42,783 bases of DNA from Sphaeroforma arctica JP610 (lineage: Eukaryota): the NCBI RefSeq assembly GCF_001186125.1, contig NW_014040278.1, positions 34,620-77,402 on the forward strand, given 5' to 3'. Positions 16,801 to 28,470 of the stretch are shown here, piece after piece. The notes under the pieces are model-generated. The model was not told where the DNA came from, did not search any database, and saw only the letters and a program-made list of their open reading frames with translations. A program made the translations under genes and the position numbers. The first letter of the stretch is position 1; each line of letters starts with the position of its first letter.

Positions 16801-19098
16801 TCAGATAGAGAAAGAATCGCGGATATATATGGTTGCTCTGGACTGCAGGGAGTACCTCGAGCAGTATCCCAAATTCGCAAGCATGCGCCTCGTTACGTTT
16901 GCTGTAAACTGTGAGCCTCGATCTATTTGTATGCACTGAACTCGGCGATGACTTAAGATGTACCATTCATCGAAGGTGTATAACATAGCATCCAGAATTG
17001 TTGTCGCTTTCGGATCGCGGATCGGATACTCTTTGGCCATGCTAGAAAAATCGTCTATGATTGATACAGAGTGGGTGTTTGATCCTATTGACGTTACGAA
17101 CGGTCCTATTATGTCCACGAAGACTAACTCGAGAGGCTCTGTAGCAGGTTCGTGCTGTCGTTCCTTGTTTGTATTCTGGTTCTTCTTCTTAGCAATAGTG
17201 CATGTTTTGCATCGTTCCTCTGGTTGCCTTATGTAGGGTAAATCTTTTGGGACGTAGCTGGGGTGCGCGAGCCTGTTGTGCCATGAAATCTGATTGGCTT
17301 TCTCCAGCGATGGTTCCACTGTAGTCATAGCTATGTCGTCGATGTGCACACAGTATATTCTGTGTTTTTCATGTACTGTTATGGTTCCGAAGCTTGGTAG
17401 TAATATGTACATCATGAGGTTGGTGAATTCAAATGAGTAGTGTCGCGCTGAGAGTAGGCTGATACTTAGTAGTGCAGTTTTAAATGTCGTATCAATGAGT
17501 ACGTCCCCCAAGTTTCCTAGCTGAGCCACATACTTCGGATAAATGATTCTACCATCAGCTACTCCGAGCGCATACCGGTCATTAATGCGCATGTTGCTGA
17601 CGAGATGATGTTTGTGGTACTTATAGGGAAGTACGTGTATGATGGCGCAACTATCGCAAGCTAGTCAGTTTCCACCTCTGGAATCTCTATCTGACTGATC
17701 ATTCACATCCTTGTTGGCGCTGATCATTCACATCCTTGTTGTCGATTGTAGGGTTAATTGTGGAGAATGCAAACTGTCTGTTTGCAGGTAACTGGTCATC
17801 AGATACTTGTGCTGACATAGCTTTGTCCTGTCTGCCTTCATGAGCTTGGCGTCGATTGCTCTGGGATTTATATGCTCTGTCAATGTCTTGTGAATATTGG
17901 ATATCTCGTGAATATCTACCATCGTCGTAGTCGCGTCGATTGTACCTATCTCCTCGGTAGTCCTGTCGGTCCTGATCATTGTGATTATCGTAGCGGTATT
18001 GGTAGCTGTTGTTTCTGTTGTACTGTTCCACACGAGAACGGTAGTCACGTTTCGAATCAGGTCGGCGATGCTTGTCATTGTTCTTGGACTTAAATCTGTA
18101 GTCTCTCATGTCATGACAAGGACCAGATTTGTCAATCCGTCGATCGTAACGTTTACGACCGTCGTGGTCACGACCCTGATTATGTGGGTTACCAGCAACG
18201 CATGATTTGATTAGCGTTTGTAACTTACGGCATTGCTCGATGGAATGCCCACGATTGTTACAGAATACACAATTTCCTGTCGATATAGCTGCATGCGCAC
18301 CGTGCACAATGGTTGATGGGTCACTTTCATCTGGATCCAATGCGATGAGATACGTGGTGAGCTCATCATACGACATGGCCATCATAGTGGGTGTCTTCAA
18401 CGTAATCTTGACAGTATGATTATCGTCGTTTACAGGCTGCCGTAGAATAGCACATAGACTGTTGTTAGACTTCGTATCTCGGGCGTTCTTGAATTTCACA
18501 AATGCCGTGTTGAGACGACTGATAAGGCTGGCGTAAAATTCATTCCGTTCTTGCGTGATGCGGTTCAGTTTTCTTTCTAATGTCTAGATGTCATCTTCGG
18601 TCAGGGCTTCAAACTTGCGTTTCAGTGCGGCAAAAGCTTCCCACGGCTTATCAATGAATTGGCTGATCTCCGTCTGCAGTATTGAAGATAAGATGCGGTT
18701 GATAATCCGATAAGCCTCAGCGATTTCCTTGGGTGTCCATCGGTTGCCTCTAGACGGGGTCGGATCGGTCAATATTGTAGGGATTCCTTCACAATTCACG
18801 GATAGAATTGTCTGAGTTTTCAAAGAAGCCAGTCGACCTTCGATTCGAGAATAGTGGTGGTCTTAATATCCTTAGAGTTCACAGTAGGCATTTTGATAGC
18901 GCGAGATCAGAGTGACCTGATAAATTGTTAGAGTGCAATCTAGTAGACTATAAATAAAGTGCAAATGTATGTATTTATTTCTGACCTCACCTTTGGTTTT
19001 ATACCTAAGGTGTTAGGGCTAGTGTTCAGCCGCTTGGGCTGGCCAGGGTAAAAACTCATATGGTCAGTATGAGAAACCTTATGCGGAACACTTTAACA
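16801..19098 (-). mobile_element. Truncated Ty1/copia LTR retrotransposon: 5' LTR, gag, protease, GAG-pre-integrase and partial integrase; RT/RNase H and 3' LTR missing
   Basis: gag ATG at 18891; zinc knuckle CVFCNNRGHSIEQC; degenerate protease CDSCAIIH (~17660-17635); WHNRLAHPS, CKTC, PLELVFVDIIGP, IIDDFS, IQIDRGSQF. The PR-then-IN order is copia-type. Confidence 0.9.
18926..19098 (-). repeat. Putative 5' LTR (~173 bp) of the copia element
   Basis: Bounded by TGTTAGAG...CTTTAACA (7/8 inverted match, TG...CA). Minus-strand TATAAAA (~19003-18997) and AATAAA (~18979-18974). Lies immediately upstream of gag. Confidence 0.65.
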
Positions 19099-19219
19099 CT
19101 TCGATGCTTTTCTATTTCAACTTCTCTGCAACTAAATCTCACGCTGATCACATGATGCCTTTCCGCATAGGTTGTGACTCACATAAAACCGCAGCTATTA
19201 TTAATATGATATGGTTGAC

Positions 19220-22200
19220 AGGCTTAATCCACTCTCGGGAATCGGTTGAGAAACTAAATCTGCTCTCGGAAGTCGATTAAGTAATGACTCAACTCTTGAG
19301 AGTAAGTTGAGCAACTTGATTAGCTCTCGGGAGTGAGCTAACTCTGATGACTTCCATAAATTAAAAATAGTTTCTTGCTGTAAAATCTGGCCTGAGACCT
19401 GTAGTCTCTCAGTTGTTGTTCATGTACTGATTTGCGCAGTTTGTGAAACGCTCTGATGTCAATGGGATCATCCGCTGTCTGCGTATACAACGTGTCTACT
19501 AGTATGTCTACTACTATCATAGATAGTCTTATCCAAGACTATGTGGTACTTACTCATCGCTGGATCCATCGGAGCCCTTGTTGGTGGGGACTCATCGTCC
19601 AGCTGCATGGCTCTATCCCCGTTGTGTGGTGTAGATGTGCGTGACGATGCTTGTGCGACTGGCATTGTGTTTGCTGTCTCTGGACGTGTCCTCGTCGTAC
19701 GGCTTGTGTTGCCTCTACCCTGTGTTCTGCTTGAGCTTACTTGTGTGTGCAGGCTTCGACGTGCTGCACGTGTCCTCTGACATAGAGCAGAAGTCATTGA
19801 CTATGCTGTGTGTGGGACGTTTAGTGTTGTGTCAGAGTGTGTGGACACCTCGTGTGGTCTAACATTGAACGTCGAGTACAAGGCCAATTTCAGTAAAATC
19901 AATTGTTTACCTTTATTCAAGCTGCCTTGTAATGTTACGTAGTGAAGACGTGTGTGGTGGCTGGCCCTTGGTGTGCTCAACTCAGCGTTCTTTGCAATAC
20001 CTGGGTTTATAATGGTAGTTTTTGGTTAAAGTGGATAAACTTGGGTTTATCTTGGTTTATTTGTGTACAAGAGATAAACCTGCTTTCTCGTGTACCTCAG
20101 TTTGCTGAGATGTCATCTGTGGTTTATGGGTTTTTTTTACTATATTTAAAAAAAATATTGTTTGGGACTGTACCGAACTTCCATTATATACATGTACTCT
20201 TCGAACAACTGTAAACAAACCTTGAGTGGAACTGTACCGAACTTCCGTTATACACTTGTACTCTTCGAATCTTTGTAGTGTGGTTGATATTGTACCACAC
20301 CTCTAATATTTCTAGCGGGTCCACTATTGTGTGGGTTCTGTTATGTGCCAAATTGATTTGTATTTATTTGTGTGTTGTTATAGTTCATGCCAGGCTTGTC
20401 CCTGGCTGTTGTGCATGTATTTCTAGAGATTTCATTCACTGTAGTTGAGGTTTGCGTGCAATTTGTACCTAAGTACTGTGAGTTTGTAGGATAGTACTGT
20501 GAGTTTGTGGGTTGTTTACTGCTGTACTTCCCTTGTTTGTTTGTGCACTGAGATTGCAGTCTTCATATCTAGACTATAGTGTCTGTTATGTTATAATTGA
20601 TTTACTAGTCATGTTCTTATAACTAATTTCCCAGTGGTGTTCTTAGAACTGATACGCTAGTGGTGTTCGTCTAGCTTTGTTGGTACAAATGTTTTTCTTG
20701 ATATTGAGCTTCTTTTACTTGTTACATTAACAGTGCTGGTTCTGTTGGATTTATTAATGCTACATGTGATCTCATGCAATTTGCTTGTTTCTACCTCATG
20801 GAGTGAGAGTGTGTGATTCCCATGGAGTGTGGGTTTCTTTTTGTCTGCTTTCGACTTTGGTATTAGGTAATGTTATTTGACTCTTGGTGTCTCTTTTTGA
20901 CACAGTAGAGTGTGCTTATGCTCGTCTTAGATCTGTGATTTCGGTTACTAGCCTGTGTGATTCTTTAGTATTAGTAACTGTGATTTCGGTTACGAGTCTG
21001 TGTGATTCCTTAGTATTAATAACTTTGCGGATATTCTGTGTTCTAGGTCTATACAATTATTCTGCTCGTTCTTCTCCGATTCTAATAATTATGTGTCTTT
21101 GGGACATTTGTCTCTTGTGTGTAACTTCTGTTAGATCGATCTTCTGGCGATTCCACTATTTAATCAGCTAGAAATGCTTCTAAATTGAGTTCTTTGTTGC
21201 GTTGTTCTTACTTAATTACTTATGTAAAATGCTTTGTTATGGTAATACTTATATGTAAGTACCGTAGCGTGTAATTAGTAGGTCTTAACTGGACTCTTTT
21301 TAGTTGTGTGTGATGTTCAATGTCTCTCTCCTTTGTTTGGATATTTCTTTTCAATCTCTATTCTTGTTTGATTTATAAATCACTATGCGTCAGCCAATGT
21401 GTGTTGTATGGTCGTGATTATCACTAGTTATTTTGTATGTGATGGTTTAGTGGCCAACTCGCAATCTCTTTTGAGTGTAATGTGCAATGTCCTTGTTGGT
21501 TCCGAGCCATCTATTTTTAACTGATTTGCAAGCCAATTCAATGTTCTACCTCGTTGTGTGTAAGTGCTTTCTTGAGTTATGTGCAATTGGTTGCTGCAGT
21601 GGGTTATACTCTATGTTCTTCTCTGTACGTATCTATTGTTTCTGCTTGTACTTGTCATGTCTTGTGAGCTTGTGTGAATTCTTCTGCTCTAGTGATTCTT
21701 AGTGATCTGGAGCTCGTATTTAGACCATTTGTATGTCTTGTCTTGTTCTTTCCGGTGTGCGTTGCTTCTAATCTTCTGTAGCTTGGTGCTAGTGTGTTTA
21801 TTACTTCCCAGTATTGGTCATTTCTGTCTTGGTCTATGAATTTCAGCCTCAGAATTGTATCTTCTTGAGTATTGGTAGCCTACCCTGGGTTGCTTATCAC
21901 TGGTGACACTTTTTGGAATTTTTAATTCCCCAACATTGATAATTCTATCACGTTGACACTTTTGCTGATTGATAACACTGGCACACCCAGTTCCACTTAC
22001 CAAGGGGTTACCTAGTCGTACTTACCTTTCTTAATAAAGACAGAATATTCGTTTTTTTTTTTTGAGTTTCTCTGGTTCACTCGTCTCAGAGAAGGAGCTC
22101 CTTCTTTAGGAGCTCCTTCTTTCCTTCCCAGTTCTTCTTGGTTTGTTCTAGTTGTCCCCTGTATTCTCGTTGACACTGTTCTATTATCTTCTCTTATTGT

Positions 22201-22640
22201 TTAGGTTAGGTGTCTTCGGTGTTCTAGTTAAAGTTGATTCTTGGGTCTTGCTTTGTGGCTTGTTAAGACTCCTGAGGGGACAGTTAGACCTTTATGATTG
22301 ACTTACCGTGGTAAAGATATTATTAAAAATGTAGAGTTTGAGAGTGACTGAAAGATACGACCAAAGGAAACAATAGACCTCTTCTCAAGTGCGAATCTCT
22401 CAGCTAGATATAAGTCCTCGGCTGAAGGACTCGCATTGAGTCTTTATTTGTGTTTAGTATTTTCTACACTAGACTCAATATTTACTCAAGAGTTTCTCTC
22501 ACACGCGAGGGTCCCGGTATCATCTACCGGCAATCTCGTTATATTTCTGATCACTCTATCATCAGATATATTGGATCCTAAATCCAAAACTCAGTATTTT
22601 GATAATCCTGGGTTTTGGGTTTTGGATTGGCTTTTTAGAT
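19220..22640 (-). mobile_element. Unclassified degenerate repeat-like element with strong strand asymmetry and interrupted minus-strand coding remnants
   Basis: Plus strand is visibly T/G-rich and CpG-poor. Minus strand has long stretches broken by sporadic stops (e.g. ATNTQEDTILRLKFIDQDRNDQYWEVINTLAPSYRRLEATH). Internal duplications of 21, 45 and 64 bp; a repeat array at one end and a hairpin at the other. Confidence 0.4.
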
Positions 22641-23239
22641 AATCTGGCCCCTGGATGCTACATATGTACATATACACTTAAAGCATAAAAAGAAAGTCTG
22701 GAACGCGGAAGATCAATCTCACATTGGGGAATGTATATTCTTAAGAAACCTTAGGCTGTAGGTCGTAGTGTTTTCCGATAGTAGTTTTCCAATTGTAAAA
22801 AGTAGTGTGAAAAAGAACAAATATTTGCTAATAATTGATCATGATTTGGTTATTCAACCCTAAGAGAGGGTAAAGCTTGAGCGTCTTCTAAAATACGAAC
22901 TATTTGGAAATTTTATTAAAATTTACTTAGAAAATGGGAATATAAGGATAGTCACTTGCACGAATTTTGGACCTGGGCATTCCAGTTAGTATGCCTCGTG
23001 GATGATGCTACTATATTGTATAGCGATCTTACGGTTGTTGAAGGTCGCCCAGATAGACGTGTTGTAGAAATACATAGATACAAAAAAAACACACGACAGA
23101 ACTCAAATTAACAGACAAATTATCCTCGGATCTATGAATCGATACATGTTTGCTGTCAGTGGTCTCGCTGCGCGCGTGATGGAACAAATTCTTGGTAGGA
23201 CAGATTCTCGGCATAGAATAAACGTATTGCGAATGTACA

Positions 23240-25830
23240 CAATGAGCGAATCTACTGGAAGAGAAAACAACTTACACACAGGCGTATCACGAAGTAGAAT
23301 TTTATAAGATAGTGGGGATTGACGATTTAAATGCACAGGGCGAAATCCCTGATATTGGTGCGCGCTTTGGAAAATGCCCATGCACGCCTTTCCCTGACTC
23401 TAAAATTTCAAAGACATAGTGCGGATACCGTGGTGCGAGCAAGGATAAATTTAATCAGAAACATGACTTCGTCACAATTACAACAACGGAAGTGTTGTGC
23501 CTGGACTATATGATGTGACTGATATCAAACCTGCACATAAGCGACTTCTGGCCATAGTAGCTTTGTTTTCGAGTATAACCAAATCATACTTGCAACTCCC
23601 AAACAGCACACATACTTATTGTACAGACCTTGTCAAGGCTTGCTATCGTGAAATAACCGATGAAGACCTACTGCAAGTAGTTTTACGGGTGCCAGTGGTG
23701 GCGGTCATGACAGGCGTGGATGATCTCTGTACCCATGATATAGAAAATAATGAAACTGGTTATGTCGACGGCCAACAAGCGCCACAGCCAATATATGCAC
23801 AAGATATGCAATACAAAATCATTGGTTTGACTGCAGAGGTACAACACCTCAAGCAGATGCTTGAAGAAAGTCTAGTACATCAGGACAGTCGCAAAAATCA
23901 ACAACAATCATCATTTAAGAATCCGAGCAGGATGGATGAGTTTGAGTTTCCTCCTATACGGTTACCTATACCTAATACAGCACGCAACAATCCCAATACT
24001 CGCACACGAATTATAACACGCAAGATAGACAAAACTCTGCATTCTAAAATCTGCCGAGCTATATAAGTGTCCGAGAACTTTACGGAAACCATGGTTAGAA
24101 TTTGACAGGGGACTAAGGTAATAAGACAGCAAAAAAACAAACAAACACAGAAGCTGAACGAGGATGGTTGAAGTTAATTTATAGTTTCCGGGACAACTTC
24201 TAGCGTTCGACGCAAATAACCATTGATCGGGGTCATACTGCTAGGGGGAGCGTTGAGAAGCTGGAAGTTACCTACTGTGCCAGCTTATCCATGTCAAAGA
24301 AGTGTAGAACTTTATCTAAGGATGGTCAACAAACAATAGTGCAATAACAATATAGAGAGATAAACAATGAAAATCATTTGGAAAAGTACAAATATTTAAG
24401 AAGTACCTAAAATCTCAAAGAACCTAATCATTCGACTTGCTTTATACTTGTGGTCTATTAAGTATAGAGGACAGTACCAAGAGCCGTGAAAAAGGGCACT
24501 AGTAGTACAGTATCTGAATTACGCATCAGTGATCCAATTTTAGAACAAACTGGGGGGAAAGACATACAAAACACAGTGATATTCAGAAAGAGTTTGTTCT
24601 TGAAGACATGAAGGCCTTATACTTGGCATTATTTGCTACACTATTGTGAAAACCCTAAAGAAAATATCAAAAGCGTACTCATGCACGAAACATTTATGGA
24701 TCACACATGTAAAAGCGAAAATGAACCAAAACTGATACGGCATGGCTAAATATGAATTGTATGTTTTAGCTTCGGTGAGGGAAGCATTTACGTATGAAGC
24801 TTCACTTAGAGACCTGGTAGGTGGCCGTATGAGTGTATATGAAGCGGAAGATAAATATAAAGTAGTTATCCGACAGTGATAACATATCCTCGCCCCAAAA
24901 GAAGTCAATGAAAATAGATTGTATTTAGTCGACCGTACCTTGACAAATCAATCCAGTGAATGCAGGTGGTATTCGTCTCCAAATTGATGGCATTTAACGA
25001 TAAACTTTACCCCTTGGCTCAGCATCATAATACAGAAAAAAATGATTTTAATCTATGAGCGCTGAAATACCAGCTAGGGATCGTGGTAAGTAACAATTTT
25101 CAAGAGCAAATAGTTAAAATAAAAGTTGATCATGTATAAACGCAACTGATTGTCGTCTTTCCGGCGTTTTATCAACAATGGCATGTCCCCTGATGATTCA
25201 CGAAATATACTCCAAAAAGAGAAAGATTCCCATGTAGTTTTTAAAAACTCGTATATACCACAAAAGCCTAGATTAAGGAAATATACATGCAAAATCAAAG
25301 CGGAAGGTTGAGGGATCTTCAAACGGAAACATTGACTGAATCTCGCAAAAATCAGAGAAAGAGTTCAACAAATGAAAAGTGTATCGTTGACAATCCGAGT
25401 CTAATTATATGTGAGAGGATTTGCCACATTGTGTTACAATGGAGTCAGACAACCATCTTTCAAGCCAGTTGCAGTCAAATACTAAGTGTAATACATCTGG
25501 ATAGTGGTAACAGATCGATGCACTATTTAACCCAGAAATGAGCAGATTTCATGATACACTGGACAATGTCATTTACTCGTGTAATACCTCCCTAGTATTT
25601 GCCAACATAGTAGATTAGTTATATGCTTTGAAGGCTGAAGATTCAGTCAACTTAGTAGATTAGTTATATGCTTTGAACGCTGGAAATTCATTTCAGATCA
25701 GAGTGTTTCTCACAGAAATACATTTCATACTCAACAACTGAAACGACTCATGCCAGTGGTGGACGGATGGCTGAAAGTATTGTACAACAAAAGCAAACTT
25801 CGATTGTGACAAGGAAGACCACAATGAATA
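23240..25830 (+). mobile_element. Heavily decayed Ty3/gypsy-like relic A (gag-like region, RNase H-like and integrase-like remnants)
   Basis: gag-like ORFs 23331-23513 and 23497-24066; GHTAR knuckle remnant (~24232); NQN*YGMAKYELYVLA...F.Y...L.GG..SVY (RNase H-like, ~24720-24840); HASGGRMAESIVQ (integrase HPQSNGxAERxV-like, ~25750-25790). Confidence 0.5.
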
Positions 25831-25906
25831 AATTGCAATTAAAGGCTTTATTAGTGAGTTTTAACTAATCAGATTACGTGTAGGTGATAAGGCTGATGAG
25901 CCGGCA

Positions 25907-28470
25907 ATGCATAAATCACTGAAACTACCGGAATTTTCGAAAATGTCGGCAGTAGAAATCTTCAACATGGGTGAGCCTGATCAGGATGTAACTGCGGTTG
26001 CAATACTGGCCAACGATTTGTTCTTAGAGAAGGGCTTGTCACTCGAACAGCACATGCCTCTCATTCAAGAGCTGTTTAAGAAAACTGACGCTAATGAGGT
26101 AGCGAGCGCAAACATCGCGAAGCTACTACAACAGACCTGTCCAGAAAATGTACTTGCGTAGAGGATTACAACGTGCTAATCATTGACACTCTGCGACGTA
26201 CTCCAGTCGACTATTTTCTAGAGAAGCTAAAACGCCACGAATGAGCTTAATAAACGTTACAAGCACATACAAGCCATCCATTTGCAGATGCTCAAGGTCT
26301 CACGCTATCGAGTAATACTGTACTATGGACAGCAAGTTAAGATAGATAGATAGACCAATGCGCAGATTTTAACAGTAGATGGCAGTAGTGGGCGCCCTTC
26401 TGACCTATCAGCGAAGACGTTCTACGAATTCACGGAGAACTACACGAAGGCTGCTGCTAATGTACAGGGATATCGTATGAGAGCAAACAATATCAAGCGT
26501 ATTCGAGTTCCACATCCCATCTCTCAAATACCCTTACGCAAAGTAATGACTCAGAAAGGGAAGCCCCACATGCAGCGGGAGGAGACCCGCCTGGAGGTGG
26601 CGACTGCCAAATAGGCCTGAGAATACCACTCCTGTAACACGGCTAGTTATGAGATCTCCTCGGGCATGACCACACTACGATGCAGCACCTTTCCCATACG
26701 TGTTTAGCAAGTGCACTCTGTACAATAGGAGACAAGTAATCAAAAGAAAGCTTTAGAACGTCAACGTGCGGCACAGAACAGCCAAAAGAATATCATTGTG
26801 GGAAATTCAACCATCACCAATGGTAATAAGGTTAAAGTGATCGATAAAAATATATAACCTAAAAACAGTGGTGTGCAGAAGCTATAAACATGATCAATAT
26901 GGTAGATATAGTGAATGTAAACGTACACAATGAGACGTTGCTATTAAATGCAAAAGGCATTGCTAACACACGGCTTTCTGTTCTTCCCAACCCACGAGAC
27001 CAACGAAAACCTATGTCACACATATCAATGGCAACAATTACAATGCCTTGGTCGATTCAGGAGCACAACGCTCATACATTATTCTTATCAGTCAACGTGA
27101 GACTTAGATATATACATACAGCTCGCACAGACAGATGCAAGAGTACAACGCACAGACACAACAGAAGTATGTGACATAACCATGAAGGAAGAATGCAGCT
27201 CGCTGCTTTAAGACACTCGATCTCCTTAATTGACAAATATATAAACGAATAGCACCCACGCAAATGAATGTGCCTCTACTCTCTACTGGCGAACGTTTTA
27301 CAGAAAGTACATACATGTCTATATTCAAGAGATATCAACTATCAATGGATTACCAAAAATAGAAGAGATACTTCACAACCTTAGAAGGAGCGTAATTCTT
27401 CTCCAAACTAGACTTAACGGGAGCCTTTCATCACTTCTTTATAGATGAAAACGCAGACACTTCTTAATATTCACGAAAAGAGAAGCTCAATACTCAAATT
27501 AGCATGATTCGGCTTCATCCACGGACAGCACAATTCCAAGGAGTCGCGGAAAATTTGCTCATAGATACAAAAAGAGTACAGGTGTATTTAAATGATATAG
27601 TAATAGCGAGTCTTACGGAAGAAGAACACTGTCACACGGCACGGAAGGTTATGGCAAAACTAAACAAAGAAAATTTCCGTTTGAACAAGTTGAAGTGTGC
27701 TTTTGCAGTCAAGACAGTTAGTATACTGGCGGTGAAGTTACGACTCAAGGACTCAAAACAGATCCTGAGAAGAGCAAAATGCATGGTGAACTGGTCACTA
27801 CCCAGAACAAAACAAAACCTAGGCTGAGCATCGGGACTCGCAAACTACATGCAAGACCATTTCCGCAGTTTGTTTATAATACAAAACACTCCGCAATCGC
27901 ATGAAGGGAAAAATGCACCAGAACACACGTTTATGGTCTCCAGATTTGAAGAAAAAGTGGGAAGAACTAAAACAACTCGTGGCATGCTCTACCACACTAG
28001 AGTATCCGATAGGCTGAGTCCGGTTCCAAATCATGAATGACACAAGGAATCGTGGCACAGAAGGTTGTGTTGCTGATGGGATCAGAAGAGACATGATATA
28101 TAAAATGACTAATATTTGCACAGCAGCGTTGTGAAACAAACATGGAAGAACTACTCGCACTGATTTACAGTCTGGAACATTTTTCAAATTTATAATGGGT
28201 GGTGACATAACATTATAGACGAATCACAAAGCATTATCACAGATGACCCGACAACAGTGAACATACCCTACTGCACATACTAGCGAAAAGGATAGCAACG
28301 ACCTTCCACAACCACTTCACCATCATTTGTGTACCAGGTAAAGACAATGCGATGGCGGACCGGCTGTCTCGATATACGACGATGTATTCAATATCGTCGG
28401 AAGTAATGAAAGAAACTAACAAAAACACACGCACACAAAACACACACAACGAAATAGTTCACAAATGAAC
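25907..28470 (+). mobile_element. Degenerate Ty3/gypsy relic B (gag-like region, RT, RNase H), truncated before integrase
   Basis: LEGA*FFSKLDLTGAFHH (~27380-27435); AQFQ...VQVYLNDIVIAS..EEH...L...NFRLNKLKCAF (27504-27720); RNase H end IICVPGKDNAMADRLSR (~28320-28372). Confidence 0.85.

Noticed and set aside
19222..19350. CRISPR-like array
   Set aside because: Units are divergent tandem repeats without unique spacers; eukaryotic context, no cas genes.
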